64,000 bases of DNA from a candidate division FCPU426 bacterium (GTDB lineage: Bacteria; Oederibacteriota; PGYV01; Palsa-1178). Position 1 is the stretch's first letter. Every line of letters begins with the position of its first letter. Location of the stretch: positions 1,088,001 to 1,152,000 of the forward strand of contig CAWIXE010000001.1 in assembly GCA_963840035.1 (NCBI GenBank), given 5' to 3'. The notes under the pieces are model-generated. The model saw only the letters and a program-made list of their open reading frames with translations. It did not search any database and had not been told where the DNA came from. Both the position numbers and the translations under genes were made by a program. Shown here one piece after another: positions 10,315 to 19,354 of the stretch.

Positions 10315-11439
10315 ATGACACTTGCAGCACTTTTTTTAGGGATGTATCTTCCGGCTATGGCGTTAATAAGCCGTAATATCCCGGCGTATACAAACGATGA
10401 CTGCGGCGGCAAATACACGGCAGCCATGGCAAATAACGGCGGGTATGGTGAAGGCTGGCGCGGATGCAATACGCCTTCGTCAGCTAAACCAACCTGGATT
10501 GCCTACGACCTCTCCGGCGTGGCGCTTAAGAAAAGGGCAAAAGTCCTGCTGGCCTGGTACAACGAGGACACCTCGCCTTATGACCATACGCTTATTTACC
10601 AGCAGCCAAGCCCTGGATACAACAACCCCGGCGCGTATATAATAGAAGCAAATCCCGCGGCAGGCGGGCAGTTGCCTGAAGCCGGCTGGGTCAGGTTAAT
10701 AACAGTTGATAAAAATGTCCTGCACTCAAGGCAGCACATTGTGGACCTGAAAGGGTATAACTGGGTAAGGCTGTCCGCTTCTGTTTCTGACGGGACAAAG
10801 GATAACACGGGTATCGCCCTTAACATGGATATTTATGACGCGTCAAAATCCATAAAGGACGACTGGATATTCATAGGCGATTCCATAACCCAGATGTCCA
10901 TGCACCACCAGGTTTTTGAATGTAAATACGGCAAAGGGACTTTCAGCCAGCTTATAAACACAAAACTTCCCGGTTATTTTCCCCTTCAGGAAAACGGCGG
11001 TACCGGCTATATGCTCTCCACTGACGGCGCGAGGCATATACAGGAGTGGCTAAAAATATTCCCGGGCAAATATGTGGGGCTGGCTTATGGAACAAACGAC
11101 GCGTGGAGTAAAATGACGCCGGAGATGTACTATAGCAATTATAAAACCATGGTTGAAGCTGTGATAAAGGCGGGCAAGGTGCCGATGGTGCCGAAGATTC
11201 CATGGTCCTCGACGATAAAGGAAATACAGGAGCATGGCGCGGTATTAAACGGGGAAATTGACAGGCTTTATAAGAAATACCCGCAGATAGTACAAGGGCC
11301 GGATTTCTGGGCGTATTATATGGATAACCCGGGTTTGCTGTCGCCTGACGGCGTGCACCCCAGCTGGCCGGAAGGGCTTTTCATGTACAGGAAATTGTGG
11401 GCTGAGACGGCTTTAAAGTCGGTGTATAAAGTAAAATAG
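10315..11439 (+). CDS. Secreted SGNH/GDSL hydrolase family esterase with N-terminal beta-sandwich domain
   Basis: Signal peptide; FIGDSIT, GTND and DGVHP blocks. Confidence 0.85.
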   Translation: MTLAALFLGMYLPAMALISRNIPAYTNDDCGGKYTAAMANNGGYGEGWRGCNTPSSAKPTWIAYDLSGVALKKRAKVLLAWYNEDTSPYDHTLIYQQPSPGYNNPGAYIIEANPAAGGQLPEAGWVRLITVDKNVLHSRQHIVDLKGYNWVRLSASVSDGTKDNTGIALNMDIYDASKSIKDDWIFIGDSITQMSMHHQVFECKYGKGTFSQLINTKLPGYFPLQENGGTGYMLSTDGARHIQEWLKIFPGKYVGLAYGTNDAWSKMTPEMYYSNYKTMVEAVIKAGKVPMVPKIPWSSTIKEIQEHGAVLNGEIDRLYKKYPQIVQGPDFWAYYMDNPGLLSPDGVHPSWPEGLFMYRKLWAETALKSVYKVK

Positions 11440-11487
11440 AAGCCAATAACGTCAGGCTGTTTTGTAGTATGAGTTGGGCCTGTGTTT

Positions 11488-11617
11488 GAGAGGGGGCAAG
11501 CCCCCTCTCTACAGTGATTGTAAATATTTATAAAACCTGTAGAGAGGCGGCTTGCTGCCTCTCTACACAGGAAAACACCCACAGGTGTTATGTAGAGACG
11601 CCACCCGTGGGCGTCTC
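11488..11617. repeat. GTAG-type REP cluster (copy 1 of a composite REP doublet plus a third REP)
   Basis: GAGAGGGGGCAAGCCCCCTCTCTAC; GTAGAGAGGCGGCTTGCTGCCTCTCTAC; GTAGAGACGCC...GGCGTCTC; repeated at 17855-17930 and 18564-18641. Confidence 0.8.
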
Positions 11618-11690
11618 AGGGTAAGGGTACATTCCGGGAAAAGTTTTTATTGTCATTATGGCAATTCATTACACATTGTGAGGGTTAAAA

Positions 11691-14600
11691 ATGGGGCGAA
11701 GGTTTTTTTCATCTGGGATACTGATGTTGAGTGTGTTTTTTTCATATGCGGCTGCCATGGACGCGCCATTTCAGGGCGAAAACAATAACGCGCTTAAAGC
11801 GCGCGCGGAATCTTCATACGGAAAACTTCCCCTTTCTTTTGAGGAAAACCTCGGGCAGGCGGCTGATGGCGTAAAATTCCTTGCCAATACGGCCGGCTTC
11901 AGCGTTTTTTTGAATTCAACGGACGCGGAAATTATTTTTAATAAAAAAGAGGCTGAAACAGTCCGCCTTAAGCTCTCCGGGGCAAACGCGGGTTCAAAAG
12001 CGTCAGGGCAGGGCGTTCTTGCCGGAAGGTCAAACTATTTATTGGGCAATGACCCTAAAAGATGGCATAAAAACATCAGGCAGTTTTCAGCTGTAGAGTA
12101 TAAGGAAGTTTATGACGGGATAGACATGGTTTATTACGGAAACCAAAGGCAGCTGGAGTATGATTTTATCGTGGCTCCGGGCGCAAACCCGCGGGAAATA
12201 AGCATAAGTTTTGAAGGCGCGAAAAGACTGAAGTTGGAAGAGAACGGGGATTTAAGCGTCATTTTAAAGAACGGAAGCCTCACATTCAACTCCCCGGAAA
12301 TATACCAGGGAGAAGGCAAAAATAAAAAGATCATCACCGGACATTATCTGGTTAATGGAGAAAATATAAGTTTTGAAATAGGAGCGTATGATAAAGAAAA
12401 AGAACTCACCATAGACCCTGTGCTCATATACTCCACATATCTGGGCGGGCCGAATTCCGACGGAGCTTACGGAATCGACGTTGACAGCTCGGGGAACGCG
12501 TACATCACGGGCTCCACCTCCGCGACTTTTTTCCCCACAACCCCCGGCGCTTACCAGCCTGCCGAAGGGAGCAAGGCGTTTGTCACGAAGTTCAATGTCG
12601 CGGGAAACACACTGGTTTATTCCACTTTAATCGGCGGCCTATCCGGGACCGACACAGGCAAGGCAATCACGATAAACGGGGCGGGCAACGCGTTCATAAC
12701 CGGTTCGACTGATTCGCCTGATTTTCCGATGAGCAACGCGGTGCAGGCGGCAAAAGGAGCCGGGACTGACTGTTTCGCCGCGGAATTTAACGCCTCAGGG
12801 TCCGGCGTTATTTACTCCACATATATAGGAGGCAACGGCGAAGACGCGGGGACATCGATAGACCTGGACGCGTCAGGCAACGCGTATATAGCCGGGTTTA
12901 CTTCTTCAACAGATCTTGCGGCAACCGCTTCCTGTTTTCAGGACCATAACGCCGGCGGAGAAGATGTTTTTGCGGCAAGGATAAATTCCGGCGGAAGCGA
13001 TTATGGCTACCTTACGTATTTGGGCGGCGCGTCAAACGACAGGGCCGCGGCTGTCTGCGTTAACGCAGCGGGTTTTGCGTATATCACGGGATTTACATCG
13101 GATAATACCTTTCCATACACTCCCGGCGCATATGGAACCTCAAGCGCGGGTATGACGGACGTATTCATAACAAAAATCAACCAGGCAGGAACGGGCCTTG
13201 TTTATTCCACATACGCAGGCGGGGCCGCTGACGAGGCCGGCGCCGGCATCGCGCTTGACGCGCCGGGCTGCGCCTATGTCACGGGATACACTGAATCGGA
13301 TAATTTTTCCGGAATAGCGCCGGGGGCCATACAGGACGCAAGAAGCGGCGGCGCGGATGTTTTTGTTTTTAAGTTAAACGCCGCAGGCACTGCCCGTGAT
13401 TACGCCACTTATCTCGGAGGGTCCGGCGATGATAAAGGATATGCGATTGCGCTCGACGGGGATAATAACGCGTATGTCACAGGCTTAACGCAGTCGCCTG
13501 ATTTTCCAATGGCAAATCCGGTACAATCCCTGTACGGCGCGTCCGCGGGAAAAGCATTTGTTTCCATGATAAACCCGGCGGGGACAGCTCTTGTAATATC
13601 CACATACCTGGGCGGGTCAGGGCTTCAGGCAGGGCAGGGCATAGCGCTTGACCGCGATTTTAATATATTCATAACAGGATGGACCGGTTCACCCGATTAT
13701 CCCGTCACCTCAGGCGTATACCAGCCGGTAAACAACGGTTCTTTTGACGCTTTCATTTCCAAAATAATCACGCAAAACCCTCCGACACCTACACCGACTT
13801 CAACCGCCACAATTTCGCAAACCCGGACGGCCACAAAAACAGCCACAATGACCGCGACTGTTTCGCCTACTCCGAGCATGACAGCCACATATACGCCCAC
13901 AACGACTCCGAGCCCGACATTTACGCCGGTTTACAGCCCGACTGAAACCCCGGATGTCACATCCACGCAGTCATGCACCATTACAGAAACAGAAACTATA
14001 ACGGAAACAGCGACCATAACAGAAACAGCGACAATTACACAGACGCGGACCATATCGCCCACGCATACGCAGAGCCTAACGGGGACTGACACCGGGACTA
14101 TAACTGTAACCGGTACGCCCACATTCACTTTAACCGTATCGGGGAGTCCGACGGTTACTTTAACCGCAACGGAAACCTGTTCTATAACAGAAACGGCGGG
14201 CGCAACACAAACACGCACGGCAACCCACACAGGTACAGTTTCACAAACATATACCATTTCGCCCACACATACTGTAAGCCCGACGGATACAACCACGGGG
14301 ACCATAACAAGGACCCATACCGTAACGCCGACTGATACGACGGTGCTTAGCCCTACTCATACGCCCGTTTATTCAGCGACAGAAACAAACAGTTTTTCGC
14401 CGACCATAACATCGACATGGACGGTTTCCCGGACGCATACCGCAAGTCCGACGAGTACCGGTTCTGAAACAATATCCCCGACCTCAACAATAACGTTTTC
14501 ATCAACGCCGGAGTACAGCCCGACACATACCCCCACAATAACGGCAACAGGGACCATAACGGAAACGCGGACCATTACGCAGACGCATACCATATCGCCG

Positions 14601-15347
14601 ACGCATACCGTAAGCCCCACAGACACGGAAACTGAAACCGTAACGCCGACAGGCACCATAACAGGGACTTATTCCGTGAGCCCTACACGGACCCATACGG
14701 CTACAATAACAATGACAGCCACAGATACTCTGACTTCAACTGACACGCCGACATCCACACCGACGGAGTCATGGACGCAGACGCAAACAGCCACCCGGAC
14801 GTTTACAGCCACAGAAACCCATACTCCTTCACAGACGGGAACGGACACTGCCACCATGACAGGAACATCCACAAAAACAGGAACGGCAACGCCGTCAAAC
14901 ACAAGGACGCAGACTTTTACTGCTACGCCGACAGTTACCAGGACAAAAACCGCCGGGCCCACACCCTCAATAACAAGGACAGCGGTTATGCCTACATCCA
15001 CAATGACCGAGGTCGTTTTAGCCACGGCAACCGAGATAGTGACGCCGACGCCGCTCCCGACGCCGCATATTCCGGAGAACACAATGATAATTTTCCCGAT
15101 GCCGGTGGATAAGGAAGGCAAGATTAAATATTTTATGGCGGAATCCGGCTGGGTAAAGATACGCATTTATAACGAGATCGGCGATCTGGCTTTTTCGCAG
15201 GTTGACAATAAGTCTTTTGGAGAACAAATATCAGTTTTTAACGCGTCAAAGATTTCATTCGGGGTGTACTTCTGCATCATTACAAGGCAGTACGATTCCG
15301 GAAAAAGCGACTCGACAGGAGTTAAGAAGTTCATTGTGACGCACTAA
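11691..15347 (+). CDS. Secreted SBBP beta-propeller repeat protein with Thr/Ser/Pro-rich stalk and T9SS type-A-like C-terminal domain
   Basis: Signal peptide; LPLSFEENLGQ N-domain; repeated YSTYLGG...GNAYITG.T.S; about 430 aa Thr-rich tract; C-terminal FPMP...VKIRIYN..G...GVYF...KKFIV. Confidence 0.88.
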   Translation: MGRRFFSSGILMLSVFFSYAAAMDAPFQGENNNALKARAESSYGKLPLSFEENLGQAADGVKFLANTAGFSVFLNSTDAEIIFNKKEAETVRLKLSGANAGSKASGQGVLAGRSNYLLGNDPKRWHKNIRQFSAVEYKEVYDGIDMVYYGNQRQLEYDFIVAPGANPREISISFEGAKRLKLEENGDLSVILKNGSLTFNSPEIYQGEGKNKKIITGHYLVNGENISFEIGAYDKEKELTIDPVLIYSTYLGGPNSDGAYGIDVDSSGNAYITGSTSATFFPTTPGAYQPAEGSKAFVTKFNVAGNTLVYSTLIGGLSGTDTGKAITINGAGNAFITGSTDSPDFPMSNAVQAAKGAGTDCFAAEFNASGSGVIYSTYIGGNGEDAGTSIDLDASGNAYIAGFTSSTDLAATASCFQDHNAGGEDVFAARINSGGSDYGYLTYLGGASNDRAAAVCVNAAGFAYITGFTSDNTFPYTPGAYGTSSAGMTDVFITKINQAGTGLVYSTYAGGAADEAGAGIALDAPGCAYVTGYTESDNFSGIAPGAIQDARSGGADVFVFKLNAAGTARDYATYLGGSGDDKGYAIALDGDNNAYVTGLTQSPDFPMANPVQSLYGASAGKAFVSMINPAGTALVISTYLGGSGLQAGQGIALDRDFNIFITGWTGSPDYPVTSGVYQPVNNGSFDAFISKIITQNPPTPTPTSTATISQTRTATKTATMTATVSPTPSMTATYTPTTTPSPTFTPVYSPTETPDVTSTQSCTITETETITETATITETATITQTRTISPTHTQSLTGTDTGTITVTGTPTFTLTVSGSPTVTLTATETCSITETAGATQTRTATHTGTVSQTYTISPTHTVSPTDTTTGTITRTHTVTPTDTTVLSPTHTPVYSATETNSFSPTITSTWTVSRTHTASPTSTGSETISPTSTITFSSTPEYSPTHTPTITATGTITETRTITQTHTISPTHTVSPTDTETETVTPTGTITGTYSVSPTRTHTATITMTATDTLTSTDTPTSTPTESWTQTQTATRTFTATETHTPSQTGTDTATMTGTSTKTGTATPSNTRTQTFTATPTVTRTKTAGPTPSITRTAVMPTSTMTEVVLATATEIVTPTPLPTPHIPENTMIIFPMPVDKEGKIKYFMAESGWVKIRIYNEIGDLAFSQVDNKSFGEQISVFNASKISFGVYFCIITRQYDSGKSDSTGVKKFIVTH

Positions 15348-15357
15348 AACGCGGCGG

Positions 15358-16722
15358 ATGGGCAAAAAAATGAAAAAAATTCCATGGATAGTCTTATTTA
15401 CAGCTGCGGCGCAGTTTTTGCTGGCGGACGGAACCCTGCCCGGCGGAAGGATAAGCATGCCTGTTTTAAGCCAGAACGGTTCGGCGCGCGCCATGGCCAT
15501 CGGGTCGGCGTATGTAAGCGTCGCGGAGGATTCCGCCTCGCTTATGTGGAACCCGGCAGGTTTGGCCGGGCTTGATGAAATGGAATTGGGAATACATCAT
15601 AACAGCGGTCTGGCCGGATCCACGCAGGAGATAATACTCATCGGGATAAAGAACAGGCAAATCGGCGGTTTTGCAGCATCTGTCAGTCTTGCCAATAACG
15701 GGCTTTTTGAGGAACGCGACAGCCTTGGGAATTTAACAGGAACGGATACGGCAGGCAGTATGGGTTTCAACCTGGGCTGGGGCAGGCAATGGTTCCCGGG
15801 ATTTTCGGCGGGAATATCGGTTAAGGCAAACAAACAGTCTTTGGCAGGCCGGGAGTATGATTCCATTGCGGCCGACGCAGGCATTATATGGAAAATATTA
15901 CCGTTGGTGAATGCCGGAGCCGCTTATTATAATTTTAATATTATTCCCGGAAGGGCAAATCTGTCGTCCGGATTGCGCGCGGGTATATCCTTAACCATCG
16001 GAAGCCCTGAAACAAACAGCCTGCTTATCGCTCTTGCCACAGAGATACAGTCAGGAGGCATCATACGCTCAAATGTCGGGATTGAAGATACTATACTGAA
16101 AATATTCGCGGTCCGTCTCGGATATGTGATGACGCCTTCAAATCCGGAGTCGGAAGGCCTAACTGGCTTGACCGTGGGGCTCGGTTTTAAAGTGCAGGAC
16201 ATCAGGCTGGATTACGCGTGCATACCATTTGACTCCCTGGGGACTTCAAACAGGTTCAGCCTTACTTACGAATTTACCGGAGTATTCGAAACAGCCCCTG
16301 TGAAAAATGAATACACGGTTTCAGCAATCAGCCCGGGATATATACCGAAACCTGACGCGCTAAAGATGGTTGTCTTTGAGGACGTGCGTTTTGAATTTGA
16401 CAGCGCGGACTTAAGCGAGGAAGCCATAAGGATAATCCGGAGGAATATAAGGATGCTCAAAGAGCACCCTAAAATAAAAGTGCTCATTGAGGGGCACGCA
16501 TGCAAAATAGGCTCGGAAGCTTTTAATGTTTTTTTGAGCCTGCTGCGTGCGCAGTCCATCAAGGATTTCATCCTGAAGGACGGCGGCATATCATCCGAGA
16601 GGGTCGGCATAATCGGATACGGCGATAAAAGGCCCGTTACGTATGAGTACATACCCGAGGATATTAATTCGGACGCGGCAAAGTTAAACAGAAGGGGCGT
16701 ATTTAACATACTGGTCGAATAA
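15358..16722 (+). CDS. PorV/PorQ-family outer-membrane barrel fused to an OmpA C-terminal (peptidoglycan-binding) domain
   Basis: SARAMAIGSAYVSVAED..SLMWNPAGLA and DYA..PF..LGT.NRFSL; then FEFDSADL..IEGH..RAQSI..GYG..RP..NRR; start may be 15370. Confidence 0.82.
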   Translation: MGKKMKKIPWIVLFTAAAQFLLADGTLPGGRISMPVLSQNGSARAMAIGSAYVSVAEDSASLMWNPAGLAGLDEMELGIHHNSGLAGSTQEIILIGIKNRQIGGFAASVSLANNGLFEERDSLGNLTGTDTAGSMGFNLGWGRQWFPGFSAGISVKANKQSLAGREYDSIAADAGIIWKILPLVNAGAAYYNFNIIPGRANLSSGLRAGISLTIGSPETNSLLIALATEIQSGGIIRSNVGIEDTILKIFAVRLGYVMTPSNPESEGLTGLTVGLGFKVQDIRLDYACIPFDSLGTSNRFSLTYEFTGVFETAPVKNEYTVSAISPGYIPKPDALKMVVFEDVRFEFDSADLSEEAIRIIRRNIRMLKEHPKIKVLIEGHACKIGSEAFNVFLSLLRAQSIKDFILKDGGISSERVGIIGYGDKRPVTYEYIPEDINSDAAKLNRRGVFNILVE

Positions 16723-16740
16723 TAAAAAGAGGCGCAAAAA

Positions 16741-17714
16741 TTGAGTGTGAAGAAATTTGTAATGACAATGTTTCTGCTTACAGCTGCGCACGCGGTATAT
16801 GCCGGGAATACGCTTCCGGCGGCAGCCTTGCCATGCCCTTTTTACAGCAGAACGGGACTGCGCGCGCAATGGGCCTCGGGTCCTCATACGTGAGTATTGC
16901 GCAGGGCGCGTCGGCGCTGCTGTGGAACCCGGCAGGCCTCGGATACATGGCAAACAGCGAGATAGGGCTTCATCATGACAGCGGGCTGGATAATTCAATG
17001 AAAGAGCTCCTTGTCTTCGGCATGAACTTTGGCGAACCGGGCGGATTCGCGGCGGCTGTGAATTATTCCGATAACGGCTCCTTTGAAACCCGCGACGGGT
17101 CAGGGGAACTTACAGGGATTGATACCGCAGGCGGGTTCGGAGCCGGTATAGGGTGGGGTAAGATAGTATATCCGGGAATTTCCGCAGGCGCAGCCATAAA
17201 GATTTACAGGCAAAATCTCTTAACAAGGGAGTACACGGTTTTTGCCGGGGACCTGGGATTGTTATGGAACGCTGCGCCGCCGCTTAATCTTGGCCTGACA
17301 TATTCCAATATCGGAAGCAGCTTCGGCCAGGGCCTGATTGCTTCAGGGTTGCGCGCAGGAGCATCATACAGTATTGTTTTATCCGGGACAAATACCCTGC
17401 TGGCGGCAATTTCAACTGAAATCCAGCCAGCAGGTTTAAGCCGCGTAAATTTCGGGGTTGAAGGCAATGTTCTTGGAATCCTCGCCCTGCGCGCCGGTTA
17501 TGTCATAAACTTACCCGGCCAGGACCTTGCAGGTATTACAGGCATAACCGCCGGCATAGGCGTGAAAATACAGGATGTCACAATGGATTACGCCTATGTC
17601 CCGTTCGGAGGACTCGGCACAAACCACAGGATAAGCTTCACATATTCCATCCCGCCGCTGAACCCGGAATTAAAGCCCGCTGCAAAGCCCGTGGTTGAAG
17701 AGCCAAAGAAATAG
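16741..17714 (+). pseudogene. PorV-family barrel paralog with 1-nt deletion after the signal peptide (pseudogene or assembly error)
   Basis: Signal peptide frame from 16741 (MSVKKFVMTMFLLTAAHAVYAGNTLP) joins the 16833 ORF (GGSLAMPFLQQNGTARAMG) only if one base is added at about 16816-16818; matches paralog TLPGGRISMPVL. Confidence 0.75.
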
Positions 17715-17727
17715 AGGTCGTTTAACG

Positions 17728-17774
17728 TTTATCAACGCAGAATTGGTGCCTGACACCAAAACTGCGTTGATAAA
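17728..17774. repeat. Hairpin with GGTGCCTGACACC core (second degenerate copy at 18441-18477); possible terminator
   Basis: TTTATCAACGCAG/CTGCGTTGATAAA 13-bp arms. Confidence 0.6.
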
Positions 17775-17802
17775 TAAAAAACAATCAAAATCTCAAAAAA
17801 AC

Positions 17803-17931
17803 ATACTCATGCCATATGCATATCGAATAGCTTCGTCTCAGCGGGCCTGAGCCTGAGAGGGGGCAAGCCCCCTCTCTACGGTGGTTGTAAATATTTCTAA
17901 GACCTGTAGAGAGGCGGCTTGCTGCCTCTCT
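17803..17931. repeat. Composite REP doublet, copy 2
   Basis: Near-identical to 11488-11566 and 18551-18641; 5' part also matches 18730-18774. Confidence 0.8.
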
Positions 17932-18116
17932 GCGCGGAAAGCAGCAATTATTGTGGACAGGAAAAACAGTCCGGTTGTTCTGTAGAAACACCACCCGCAG
18001 AATAGGCGTCTGACGGCCTACAATGTTTTGCCGTGTTTTGTTATGCAAAACCTACTAATTCGTAATTTTACTTTTAAATAGCAAATTTGCGAATTGACAA
18101 TTTCGGCCGGAAAAAG

Positions 18117-18144
18117 TTGCAAGAGGGAAAATTACTGGTATAAT
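18117..18144 (+). promoter_or_regulatory. Putative sigma70 promoter TTGCAA-16-TATAAT with extended -10 (TG)
   Basis: Direct motif match. Confidence 0.6.
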
Positions 18145-18150
18145 TAAATC

Positions 18151-18282
18151 ATCAGTGGGGTAAAATCATGTTAGGTAATTAAAGGGGTAAAATGTCCAAA
18201 CTTAGCTGGCTCAGTACATTGTCATATTTCACCATAAATTGGACACCTCGCCCTCCGAAATTACCTAACACTTTATCCAGAC
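18151..18282 (+). ncRNA. Candidate structured RNA (long imperfect hairpin) overlapping a 40-codon sORF (18192-18314)
   Basis: Nested complementary blocks 18158-64/18272-78, 18169-80/18259-70 (12 bp perfect) and 18193-99/18239-45; directly downstream of a promoter. Confidence 0.4.
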
Positions 18283-18371
18283 AAATATTACAATTTTCTA
18301 CATTTAGTCGCTAACTGATATTACCACCCTGAAATTCTCCTCAGAGGTAATATAACATGACCCCCTGTTCT

Positions 18372-18893
18372 GTAGAGACGCCCCTCGTGGGCGTCTCAGG
18401 GCTGAGTTGGGGCATAATGGTAAGGAGGAAGGGGGTTTGTAAACGCAGAATATGTGCCTGACACCAAAACTGCGGTTAAACGGACACGGGAAAAATTCTA
18501 ATTTCTAAATCATAATGCATAAAACATCTATGTAGAGCTGCGTCTCAGGGCGGGCCTGCGTCTGAGAGGGGGCAAGCCCCCTCTCTACGGTGGTTGTAAA
18601 TATTTATAATCCTGTAGAGAGGCGGCTTGCTGCCTCTCTACAAGGAAGAACACAATCTGGCAAAGCCGGAAGTTGGGGTGCTATGTATTTTGTAGAGCCG
18701 CCGCTTGCATATGCCATGAGTCCTATAATATACTCATGCCATATACATATCGAATGGCTGCGGCTCAGGGCGGGATCCGCCTTTTTCCGGGGCTTCAACT
18801 GGCAAGCATAGGCCCGCCCATAATGCCGACTTTGAGCCGCAGCAAGCGGCGGCTCTACAAAGTCGGGTTGTAGGGGCGATTCACGAATCGCCC
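18372..18893. repeat. Dense GTAG-REP cluster (composite doublet copy 3, a 20-bp-IR expanded element at 18689-18861, REP at 18870-18893)
   Basis: Multiple GTAG-initiated palindromes. Confidence 0.75.
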
Positions 18894-19075
18894 AAAGGCT
18901 GGTTTTCAAACCATTCCCCTGAAAACCGCTTTACAAACCCCCCTTCATTATGTTATTATACGTTTCACTGTGCGGAATGCATGGGGGCTTTTTAAGCCTA
19001 CAAAACGCTGGGGTTTTTCGATTAGCCTACGGAATCCTGGCCGTTTTAACAAAAAGAAAGGTAATGGTGAAGGAA

Positions 19076-19345
19076 ATGGCGTTAGTGAACGAGAAGAAAC
19101 AGGAACTGATTCAGAACTTTAAAGTGCACGAGAAAGATACGGGGTCCCCGGAAGTCCAGGTAGCAATCCTTACAACAAGGATACTGGAATTAACCGAGCA
19201 CCTCAAGAAACACAAGAAGGATTTAAGCTCAAGGCACGGACTGCTTCAGATGGTAAACAAAAGAAGGCGCCTGCTTGATTACTTAAAGACCAACGACTAC
19301 GACAGGTATAAAAACCTGATCGATAAATTAAAACTAAGAAAGTAA
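19076..19345 (+). CDS. rpsO: 30S ribosomal protein S15
   Basis: MALVNEKKQ...[40 protein letters not shown]; 89 aa; upstream of pnp. Confidence 0.98.
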   Translation: MALVNEKKQELIQNFKVHEKDTGSPEVQVAILTTRILELTEHLKKHKKDLSSRHGLLQMVNKRRRLLDYLKTNDYDRYKNLIDKLKLRK

Positions 19346-19354
19346 GGTAAACAA

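Noticed and set aside
13697..15166. Minus-strand Val-rich ORFs
   Set aside because: Antisense shadows of the Thr-rich stalk
17785..18909. Short ORFs in the REP-rich intergenic region (also 10040-10246 and 11316-11788)
   Set aside because: They are translations of the repeated palindromes (same CPLS/REAASRLSTG text in each copy), not genes
18950..19075. N-terminal extension of S15 in the ORF track (131 aa)
   Set aside because: S15 homology starts at ATG 19076; the upstream part is promoter and leader
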